A stretch of DNA of 32,000 nt. Source: Candidatus Saccharimonadota bacterium (GTDB lineage: Archaea; Nanobdellota; Nanobdellia; Pacearchaeales; GW2011-AR1). The notes under the pieces were generated by a model. It searched no databases. It was given only the letters and a program-made list of their open reading frames with translations, and was not told the origin of the DNA. The stretch's first letter is position 1; each line of letters begins with the position of its first letter. The position numbers and the translations under genes are program-made. Positions 10,023 through 16,663 of the stretch are shown here, one piece after another. The stretch is taken from the NCBI GenBank assembly GCA_026002795.1, contig BPGA01000001.1, positions 210,001 through 242,000 on the forward strand, written 5' to 3'.

Positions 10023-10460
10023 ATGGTGCTTGACTCTTACACTACATCAATTATAATAAATCTTTTTTCGTTGTTTTTTTGTCTAGTTGCAATTTTTTTA
10101 TTATTTGAAATAAAAAAAAGGGTTGTTGGTGATTTTGCAAGAGGGTTTACTTTCTTAATTTTTTCAATTATAATTGTTTTTATTTTTATTTTGTTTTCTC
10201 TAATAAATAAGACAAAACAAACAGAATTAAACTTATTAAATGATTTTTTATTTTTTATTTTTACTTTTTTTGTTTCTATGTTTACTATAAGTATGTATAA
10301 TGTTTTGGGAAGAATAATAAAAGAAAGAAAAAAGATCCGTGAATTTGATAAAAAAGAAAAAGTTAGTAAGAAAAAAAATAAATTAGTGGAGTCTAGAAAG
10401 CCAAAGATAAGTTTAATTGGTGGTGAGGAGTATATAGACCTAACAAATATTAAAGAATAA
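10023..10460 (+). CDS. Small integral membrane protein (3-4 predicted TM helices) with a Lys-rich C-terminal tail; function unknown
   Basis: The ORF track starts at a TTG (10008), and the first ATG is at 10023. Hydrophobic stretches include IIINLFSLFFCLVAIFLLF, FTFLIFSIIIVFIFILFSLI and FLFFIFTFFVSMFTISMY, followed by KERKKIREFDKKEKVSKKKNK. Confidence 0.55.
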   Translation: MVLDSYTTSIIINLFSLFFCLVAIFLLFEIKKRVVGDFARGFTFLIFSIIIVFIFILFSLINKTKQTELNLLNDFLFFIFTFFVSMFTISMYNVLGRIIKERKKIREFDKKEKVSKKKNKLVESRKPKISLIGGEEYIDLTNIKE

Positions 10461-10468
10461 ATTTAGTT

Positions 10469-12187
10469 TTATTGGTTTTTTTTCAAATTTCTTATGCGTC
10501 TTACAATAAGCAAAACAACAATAAGCACAGAAACAACTCCTAAAAGAAGGACAAATCCTCCTGTACCGAAACCTTCAAAAATTGCAAAACCTGTTGGTGC
10601 TCCGAGTGTAATTGGCTCTTGAACAAATACCGAATAAATTTGTGAGTTCAATGAGGCTTGTAAAGTTAAGTTTCCTTCAATTGTTTCGTTAATTTGCATA
10701 TTTGTCCTAAATTCTTTTTCAGAATTTGCATCTATTGTTTTGTTTTCTGTAATGTTTGAAACCTGCTGGTTATTTTGGTCTAATATTAAGAATTTTATTT
10801 CTACATTTTGATCTTGACCAGCGAGTTCTTTTAAAGAGTACAAAACCCTAATCCTATCACTTCTTGTTCTTTGAACATCTATTATATCAATGTCAAGTTT
10901 TTTGTTTACAACATTTACTGTTAACTCTTTAGTTGAAGAAGTTTCGCCACAATTTACATTTATTGAAATTTTTCTTTCACCATCTGTCAAATTTTGTGGT
11001 AAAGAAAGAACTAGTGTTAAACTAGAAGATTCTCCTGGATTTAGGTTTTTTTCTTCTGGTGAAATGTTAAACCATGAAGAAAATTCTTCTTGAATAGAAA
11101 GTTTACAAGAACTTAATGCAACATTGCCTGTATTTTGTATGTTTAAAGCTAAATTTTGGCTTGATCCTGGGTTTAAAGTTAAAGTAGGTAAATCAGCAAC
11201 AGAAAGCTGAATTATTGTTGGTTGTTCTTGCACTTGTTGTTGTTCTGTTGTTTGTTGTTGAATTTCGTTTGTGATTTCATTTGGTGTCTGTGTTGTCTCG
11301 TTTGTTGTCTCATTTATTGTTTCTGTCGTTTCGTTTGTTGTTTGTTGGCTTTCTGAAGTTTGGTTTGTTGTTTGTTGTTGTGTTTGCACACTAAAAGATG
11401 AGCTTGTATAATTAAAACCAGAGGTTCCGTTTGCATAAAGATTAATAATGTAACTCCCATCTGAAGAAAGGTCAAATGTTGAGTTTGCGCAGTTAGAAAG
11501 TGTTGTGTTTTGTATCACAAAATTGTTTGAAGAATCAATAACATTGTACCAGCAGGTTAAATTCACTCCTTGAACATTGTAAGTTATAGGAATTCCTGTA
11601 GTTGTTGTTTTTTCTCCTTTTGGTTCAATTATTGTCAGTAAAGTCTGGCTTTGTTGTTGCTGTTGCTGAATTGCTTTGTAGTTTATTGAAACACTTGAAA
11701 CAAATGGTGTTAATATTTGAGATGTGTTTGTTTCGTTTGAGGTTAGGTTGTAACCAGAAAAAGAGATTTTATATTGGAAGTACCTAGAATTTAAATTTAA
11801 AGGAGAAAGATTTATTGTTTTGTTATTTCCTACATCTTGAAAGGAAACGTCTGAGCAATTTTGTAAGGAACATGCTTTAACACTAAAAACTAAAGAAGTA
11901 TTTTCAGGAATTTCTCCTTGCCAGCTTAAATTTAACCAAGAAGAGTTTTCGCCAGCATCGAAAATTCTTGAGATATAAATTCCATTTAAACTTCCTGAAG
12001 AAGAATTTAAAACTAAAGCGCTTCCATTGTAAAAAGTATTAGAGTAATTTCCTTGATCAAAATCAGCTTGGCTTGATTCTTGAAAAATTGCAAATCCTGT
12101 AAATTGTAAATTAAAAAAATAAAGAATAGCTAAAGCTAAAAAAACTAAAGCAAAGACAGAAATATAAATTTTAACCTCTTTTCTCAT
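10469..12187 (-). CDS. 572-aa surface protein with an N-terminal signal anchor, Thr/Gln/Asn/Glu-rich mucin-like linker, Ig/CARDB-like modules and a C-terminal TM anchor with a basic tail
   Basis: The N-terminus is KIYISVFALVFLALAILYFF. The C-terminus is PTGFAIFEGFGTGGFVLLLGVVSVLIVVLLIVRRIRNLKK. Many sequons are present. The segment LTLNPGSSQNLALNIQNTGNVALSSC resembles CARDB-type beta-sandwich domains. Confidence 0.8.
   Translation of the reverse strand: MRKEVKIYISVFALVFLALAILYFFNLQFTGFAIFQESSQADFDQGNYSNTFYNGSALVLNSSSGSLNGIYISRIFDAGENSSWLNLSWQGEIPENTSLVFSVKACSLQNCSDVSFQDVGNNKTINLSPLNLNSRYFQYKISFSGYNLTSNETNTSQILTPFVSSVSINYKAIQQQQQQSQTLLTIIEPKGEKTTTTGIPITYNVQGVNLTCWYNVIDSSNNFVIQNTTLSNCANSTFDLSSDGSYIINLYANGTSGFNYTSSSFSVQTQQQTTNQTSESQQTTNETTETINETTNETTQTPNEITNEIQQQTTEQQQVQEQPTIIQLSVADLPTLTLNPGSSQNLALNIQNTGNVALSSCKLSIQEEFSSWFNISPEEKNLNPGESSSLTLVLSLPQNLTDGERKISINVNCGETSSTKELTVNVVNKKLDIDIIDVQRTRSDRIRVLYSLKELAGQDQNVEIKFLILDQNNQQVSNITENKTIDANSEKEFRTNMQINETIEGNLTLQASLNSQIYSVFVQEPITLGAPTGFAIFEGFGTGGFVLLLGVVSVLIVVLLIVRRIRNLKKNQ
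11218..11390 (-). repeat. Low-complexity coding repeat (T/Q/N/E-rich linker: QTTNQTSESQQTTNETTETINETTNETTQTPNEITNEIQQQTTEQQQVQEQ)
   Basis: On the + strand this is visible as degenerate (gtt/tgt/ttg)n tracts. It lies within the 572-aa CDS. A second short poly-Q run (QQQQQQSQ) lies at about 11640-11680. Confidence 0.8.
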
Positions 12188-12223
12188 TATTTTTAGATAA
12201 TTTTTATATTTAAAAATATTTGT

Positions 12224-12640
12224 TTACTCTCCAATTATTTTAATTAAAATTTTTTTGTTTCTTTGACCATCAAATTCTCCATAAAATATTGATTCCCACG
12301 GACCAAAATCTGGTTTTCCGTTGCTTATTGCTATCACAACTTCTCTTCCCATAATTGTTCTCCATAAGTGAGCATATGCATTGTCTTCACCTGTAAGATT
12401 ATGCTCGTAAATTTTTTCATTAGTTGGAGCTAATTTTTCTAACCATCTCCTAAAATCATTTAGAAGACCTTGTTCGTTGTCATTTATAAAAACGCTTGAA
12501 GTTATATGCATACTATTAACAAGAGCAATTCCTTCTTTAATTTTAGATTCATAGATAGCTTCTTTTACTTGTTTTGTAATATTTACAAAGTCTATTCTTT
12601 TTTTTGTGTTTATTGTTAAGTATTTTGTGTAAACTTTCAT
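12224..12640 (-). CDS. YjbQ/UPF0047 family protein (secondary thiamine-phosphate synthase-like)
   Basis: 138 aa. The segments [36 protein letters not shown] ... [12 protein letters not shown] ... [19 protein letters not shown] match the typical UPF0047 layout and conserved His/Asp blocks. Confidence 0.75.
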   Translation of the reverse strand: MKVYTKYLTINTKKRIDFVNITKQVKEAIYESKIKEGIALVNSMHITSSVFINDNEQGLLNDFRRWLEKLAPTNEKIYEHNLTGEDNAYAHLWRTIMGREVVIAISNGKPDFGPWESIFYGEFDGQRNKKILIKIIGE

Positions 12641-12736
12641 TTTAACTTATAATTTATGGTAAATAAATATTAATAAATTTTGGTAGTTAATTATTTTAAG
12701 AGAAAGTTATATAAAATATAGCTTTATTATTTTTTT

Positions 12737-12979
12737 ATGGGATGGAAAACTTTTCTTATAATGTATTTTAAAGCAGGAAATGAAAAAGCTTCTGAGATTG
12801 TAAAGAAAGTAGAATCACTTGGATTTGAATGTACTATAGGTCCAGTAGATTTTGTTTATGACTGGCGCAATAAAGTTCCAACAAAAGAAGATATATTGGA
12901 GTTAGCCGATAAATTAGTGAAAGTTTTAGATGGAACAGGAGTTATGTTTAATATTGATACACATGAAACACCTGATTAA
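12737..12979 (+). CDS. Hypothetical small protein (80 aa)
   Basis: ATG-initiated ORF with the BRE/TATA-like GAAAGTTATATAAAA at about 12703-12717, roughly 20-34 nt upstream. I do not recognise a family. Confidence 0.5.
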   Translation: MGWKTFLIMYFKAGNEKASEIVKKVESLGFECTIGPVDFVYDWRNKVPTKEDILELADKLVKVLDGTGVMFNIDTHETPD

Positions 12980-13042
12980 TAATTTTGTTTTTATTGATCT
13001 TTGTTAGATCTCAAAAATCTTTTTCAATTTTTTATATAAATT

Positions 13043-13279
13043 TTAAAAATATCTTCTTAACAAAAACCAAATTAATAAGAAAGATATTGCTATTAAAAGC
13101 CAAATCCAAAACATTTTTTTGTTGCTAAAAAATCCGAAAGGAATTGGTCCAATAAAGCCACCAATTGCAAAGTTTGTTTTTGAGTTTCCTTTTGATAAGC
13201 TAATTAAGCTTCCAATAACTAAAAGAGATATTCCTAAAAAAATAAAGATTATTCCTATAGCAATAATTTTTTCTGACAT
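13043..13279 (-). CDS. Small two-TM membrane protein, DUF131/TIGR00304-like
   Basis: The sequence IIAIGIIFIFLGISLLVIGSL ... AIGGFIGPIPFGFFS ... WIWLLIAISFLLIWFLL has two TM helices flanking a G-x-IGPIP-x-G motif typical of the archaeal DUF131 family. I place the start at ATG 13279 rather than the TTG at 13294 used by the ORF track. Confidence 0.55.
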   Translation of the reverse strand: MSEKIIAIGIIFIFLGISLLVIGSLISLSKGNSKTNFAIGGFIGPIPFGFFSNKKMFWIWLLIAISFLLIWFLLRRYF

Positions 13280-13284
13280 TTTTT

Positions 13285-13296
13285 GGTTGGCCAACC
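13285..13296. repeat. Perfect 12-bp palindrome GGTTGGCCAACC immediately upstream of the DUF131-like gene start
   Basis: The palindrome was read directly from the sequence. It sits 5 nt upstream of ATG 13279 on the minus strand and forms the edge of a locally GC-rich patch (13285-13345) in an otherwise AT-rich intergenic context. Confidence 0.7.
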
Positions 13297-13355
13297 CTGC
13301 CGTGAATCAGAGTTGGCCTGCCATCTCTACAATTGGAGATGACTATGAAAATTTA

Positions 13356-13428
13356 AGCGCGGACCAGGATTCGAACCTGGGAATACTCGGGCTGCAGCCG
13401 AGCGCGTTAACCACTTCGCCATCCGCGC
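13356..13428 (-). tRNA. tRNA-Cys (anticodon GCA)
   Basis: The reverse complement is GCGCGGATGGCGAAGTGGTTAACGCGCTCGGCTGCAGCCCGAGTATTCCCAGGTTCGAATCCTGGTCCGCGCT. It folds as a cloverleaf with acceptor GCGCGGA/TCCGCGC, anticodon stem CTCGG/CCGAG, loop CTGCAGC, T-arm CCAGG-TTCGAAT-CCTGG and discriminator U73. No CCA is encoded. Confidence 0.9.
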
Positions 13429-13431
13429 AAG

Positions 13432-13506
13432 TGCCCCCGACAGGATTTGAACCTGCGACCTACTGCTTAGAAGGCAGTCGCTCTATCCAGGCTGAGCTAC
13501 AGGGGC
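13432..13506 (-). tRNA. tRNA-Arg (anticodon TCT)
   Basis: The reverse complement is GCCCCTGTAGCTCAGCCTGGATAGAGCGACTGCCTTCTAAGCAGTAGGTCGCAGGTTCAAATCCTGTCGGGGGCA. The anticodon stem is ACTGC/GCAGT with loop CTTCTAA. Only 3 nt (CTT) separate its 3' end from tRNA-Cys. Confidence 0.9.
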
Positions 13507-13565
13507 TTTCATTTATAAAGAAATAAGAATTTCTATTTAAAATCTTTCTATTTTTTTAGATAAGA

Positions 13566-14468
13566 TTAAATTTCTATAAGATCAAAATCTTTAGGAAGAA
13601 AAGTGTTTTTAAAAATTCTCTTTGATTCTCTTAAAATTTTTTCTGGATTTTTTGAAAATCGCTGACTTATGTGAACTAAAAAAAGTTTTTTTGATTTCGA
13701 TTTTTTGGCTATTTCTGCAGCTTCAATAGATGTTAAATGCTTGTATTCTTTTGCTTTATTCCTAAAATCTGACGAAAAAGTTGATTCGCAAATTAAAACA
13801 TCTGAATTTTTAACATAGTTAATAATTTTTTTATTAAAAGAAGTGTCCATTATGAACGAAACCTTTTTTTCGTCTTCTATATAGGTAAGTTTTTCTAGTT
13901 TGTATTTTTTTCCATCATAAAGAAGATCTTTTCCTTCTTTTAATTTTTTAAGGTGTGGGCCTTCTGGTATCTTGTATTTTTTTAGTTTTTCTTTATCTAT
14001 CTTAATTTTCTTTTTTTTAACGAAAGAGTAAGCATTACAAGGTACTGTATGAAATAGTTGATTAGCTTCAATGAAAAAATCTTCATTCTCAAAAAATTTT
14101 CCTTCAACTTCTTTAATTTCTAAAGAAATCTCATTTCTAAAACCAAATAATTTTAAAAGAATTTCAAGAGCTTTTTTTGTTTTCTTAGGACAATAAATAA
14201 AAAGTTTTTTGTTGTAGTTGCTCATCGCCAATGTTTTTAACAATCCGGGAATTCCTAAAACATGATCTGCATGCCAGTGACTTATCAAGATTTTAGTGAT
14301 TTTACACGGATTCAAATTAGCTTTTCTTAGTTGTCTTTGAGTTCCCTCTCCACAATCAACAAGAATATTTTCTCCTTTGTAACTTATTAAAAATGATGGA
14401 TGATTTCTGGTAGCAGTTGGTATAGAATCACTTGTTCCTAAAAAAAGAATTTTAATTTTTTCTGGCAT
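13566..14468 (-). CDS. rnz: Ribonuclease Z (tRNA 3' endonuclease, metallo-beta-lactamase fold)
   Basis: 300 aa. It has the N-terminal FLGTSDSIPTATRNHPSFLI, VDCGEGTQRQL and the HxHxDH motif (SHWHADHVLGIPGLL). The length and layout are typical of short-form RNase Z. Confidence 0.85.
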   Translation of the reverse strand: MPEKIKILFLGTSDSIPTATRNHPSFLISYKGENILVDCGEGTQRQLRKANLNPCKITKILISHWHADHVLGIPGLLKTLAMSNYNKKLFIYCPKKTKKALEILLKLFGFRNEISLEIKEVEGKFFENEDFFIEANQLFHTVPCNAYSFVKKKKIKIDKEKLKKYKIPEGPHLKKLKEGKDLLYDGKKYKLEKLTYIEDEKKVSFIMDTSFNKKIINYVKNSDVLICESTFSSDFRNKAKEYKHLTSIEAAEIAKKSKSKKLFLVHISQRFSKNPEKILRESKRIFKNTFLPKDFDLIEI

Positions 14469-14565
14469 AACCTAATTAGTTAGTTTCAGTTTTTATTTCT
14501 TTAGTTTTAATAAAATTATTAATGAATGTTAATTGAATTATTAATTTTAATAGATTTTAATTTGT

Positions 14566-14817
14566 TCACTCTTTTTTTAGTGATGTTGTAGCTGGTGAAA
14601 TGTAAATGATTGTATCTCCTCTTAAAAAAGTTAATCCAAGGTTTCTTTTTATTTCGCCGTTTTCTATTTCTTTTATATTGTCAAGAACTAAATTAATGTG
14701 AATATCAAAAGCTAACAAAGTTCCAACAAATTGTTTGTCTCCTTTTAAGTGAACTAGAACTTCTTTTCCTCTAGAATTGTTTAAAAGGTCTAACGGTCTG
14801 TCTATATTGTTGTTCAT
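14566..14817 (-). CDS. Sm-like (LSm/SmAP) RNA-binding protein
   Basis: 83 aa. The Sm1 motif (VLVHLKGDKQFVGTLLAFDIHINLVLDN) and Sm2 motif (FLRGDTIIYISP) are recognisable. Confidence 0.85.
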   Translation of the reverse strand: MNNNIDRPLDLLNNSRGKEVLVHLKGDKQFVGTLLAFDIHINLVLDNIKEIENGEIKRNLGLTFLRGDTIIYISPATTSLKKE

Positions 14818-14949
14818 TTTTTAATTCCAAATTATGGAATATCTTAAATAGGAATTGATAGATTATTTATAAATGTTTCTCTATTTTCTGTTGGTTGAAT
14901 TAGAATCATTTGGAAAAATATTTAAATTGTGTTTGTTGTTTCATAGAAA

Positions 14950-15321
14950 ATGAAAAAAGGAAGAAAAGTTACTGGTGGGAAATATAGAAAATCAAGGAAA
15001 AAGAAACTTTACGAATTGCCTGGACAACAAATTCTAGTGAGGTTGGGTGAAGAAAAAAGAAAAACAGTCAGGGTTACAGGAGGAAATAAAAAAACTTTTT
15101 TGGTGAAATCTAATGTTGTGAATGTTAGGGTAAACGGAAAAACAAAAAAAGTTAAGATAGAAAATGTTTTAGAAACTCCTTCTAACAGGTTTTTAGCTAG
15201 ACAAAACGTAATAACAAAAGGAGCAATCTTAAAAACAGAAATAGGAAAAGTTAAAGTAACAAACAGGCCAAGCCAAGAAGGAATGATTAATGGGGTGTTA
15301 ATAGAAGAAAGTAATTCATAA
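14950..15321 (+). CDS. rps8e: 30S ribosomal protein S8e (eS8)
   Basis: GRKVTGGKYRKSRKKKLYELPGQ ... VRVTGGNKK ... ITKGAILKTEIGKVKVTNRPSQEGMINGVLI matches the archaeal S8e pattern. Confidence 0.9.
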   Translation: MKKGRKVTGGKYRKSRKKKLYELPGQQILVRLGEEKRKTVRVTGGNKKTFLVKSNVVNVRVNGKTKKVKIENVLETPSNRFLARQNVITKGAILKTEIGKVKVTNRPSQEGMINGVLIEESNS

Positions 15322-15479
15322 AATTAAAGGACTTTGAAAAAATTTTATTAAGAAAAAGTGAACTTTAAAGTTGATGTCTGAAGTTTTAAATAAAGGGTTA
15401 ATTACCTTTCTAATGACTTTTCCAATATCTCTTGAATCTTTTTTAATAAGAAATTATTAAAATCTAAGATGCGGATCTG

Positions 15480-15529
15480 GAAAGATTTATAAAATAGAAA
15501 GATTTATAAATTATATATTTATTTATAAA
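15480..15529 (+). promoter_or_regulatory. Three tandem BRE/TATA-like boxes upstream of tfb
   Basis: GAAAGATTTATAAA occurs at 15480-15493 and again, identical, at 15497-15510. ATTTATAAA follows at 15521-15529. The tfb ATG is at 15559, so the third box sits about 30-38 nt upstream of it. Confidence 0.4.
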
Positions 15530-15558
15530 TTTTACGGTAAAACTAATTTAACTAAAAA

Positions 15559-16482
15559 ATGGTTTATGTTAAGAGATGTCCTGAGTGTGGTAGTGTAAAC
15601 TTAACTTATGATTCTCATCTTGGTGAGATTATTTGTAATGATTGTGGTCTTGTAGTTGAGGAGAAGATGGTTGATACAGGAGTAGATCTATCTGGAAAGT
15701 TTGATAAATCAGAAAAAAAAGGACGTGCTGGAGCTCCAACAAGTATTCAAAAATTTGATAGGGGATTAACAACAAATGTCGGTGAAATAGCCGATATCTA
15801 TAAATTAGATCCAAAACAATCAAGAACTTTTATAAAACTAAAGAGATGGCAAGAGAGGGTTTCTACAAGTATCGAAAGAAATTTAAGACTTGCAATGGCT
15901 GAATTAAGAAAAATTTCTTCTTACTTAAACCTTCCAAATGTAGTAAGAGATGAAGCTGCAAGAATTTATAATTATGTTTTGCAGAGGGGTTTTGTAAGAG
16001 GTAGAAGTATGGAATCTGTTGTTGCTGCTTGTTTATATGCTGCATGCAGAAGTTACAATATACCTAGAACTCTTGATGAAATGGCAACTGCTTCTGATGT
16101 GGAAAGAAAAGAGATTGGAAGAACCTACAGGTTTATAATAAGAAAACTCGGAATTAAGATAACACAAAGCTCGCCAAAAGATTACATCTCAAGATTTGCT
16201 TCTGTCTTAAAACTTTCTCCAAAAACACAAAATGATGCTTTGAAGATTTTAAAAAGAGCAGATGAAGTTGAACTTACTTCTGGAAGAGGTCCAGCAGGTA
16301 TTGCAGCAGCTGCTCTTTATGTTGCGGCATTAATGAATGATGAAAAGAAAACCCAAAGAGAGGTTGCAGATATTGCTGGTATAACAGAAGTTACAATAAG
16401 AAATAGATACAAAGAACTTATAGAAAAACTCGGACTTGAAGAAAAAATTAAAGCAAAAGAAAAAGAAATCGATAAATCTTAA
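15559..16482 (+). CDS. tfb: Transcription initiation factor IIB (TFB)
   Basis: The N-terminal zinc ribbon is CPECGS...CNDCG. Two cyclin-like repeats are visible (RSMESVVAACLYAACR... and GRGPAGIAAAALYVAAL...). The C-terminus reads QREVADIAGITEVTIRNRYKEL. Confidence 0.93.
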   Translation: MVYVKRCPECGSVNLTYDSHLGEIICNDCGLVVEEKMVDTGVDLSGKFDKSEKKGRAGAPTSIQKFDRGLTTNVGEIADIYKLDPKQSRTFIKLKRWQERVSTSIERNLRLAMAELRKISSYLNLPNVVRDEAARIYNYVLQRGFVRGRSMESVVAACLYAACRSYNIPRTLDEMATASDVERKEIGRTYRFIIRKLGIKITQSSPKDYISRFASVLKLSPKTQNDALKILKRADEVELTSGRGPAGIAAAALYVAALMNDEKKTQREVADIAGITEVTIRNRYKELIEKLGLEEKIKAKEKEIDKS

Positions 16483-16535
16483 ATTTTTATATTTTTTAAT
16501 GAGTTTTTTGTGTTTTTAGTTTTTTAATTTATTTA

Positions 16536-16619
16536 TGCGGAGACTAGGATTCGAACCTAGGCAGGCACTAAGCCACTGCGTCCTAAGCGCAGCCCGTTTG
16601 ACCACTCCGGCATCTCCGC
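16536..16619 (-). tRNA. tRNA-Leu (anticodon TAG), class II with long variable arm
   Basis: The reverse complement is GCGGAGATGCCGGAGTGGTCAAACGGGCTGCGCTTAGGACGCAGTGGCTTAGTGCCTGCCTAGGTTCGAATCCTAGTCTCCGCA. The anticodon stem is CTGCG/CGCAG with loop CTTAGGA, and the discriminator is A73. Confidence 0.9.
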
Positions 16620-16663
16620 GTTAAAAAACTTTAAAAAACAAGTAACAAATAATATAAAAAATT

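Noticed and set aside
13297-13355. Fluoride (crcB-type) riboswitch or split-tRNA half in the GC-rich spacer
   Set aside because: GAGAUGGCA loosely recalls the 5' part of the crcB motif, but the remaining conserved segments and pseudoknot partners are not evident. There is also no T-arm (GTTCGAAT-like) or D-arm sequence for a tRNA half. I kept it as an unclassified structured element instead.
13119-13526. 135-aa ORF on the + strand
   Set aside because: It runs antisense through the DUF131-like gene and straight across two well-folding tRNA genes, whose GC-rich sequence keeps the frame open. I treat it as a shadow ORF.
15373-15384. C/D box sRNA seeded on UGAUGU...CUGA
   Set aside because: The C-like and D-like words are directly adjacent with no guide region. 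No second C'/D' pair or terminal stem could be found.
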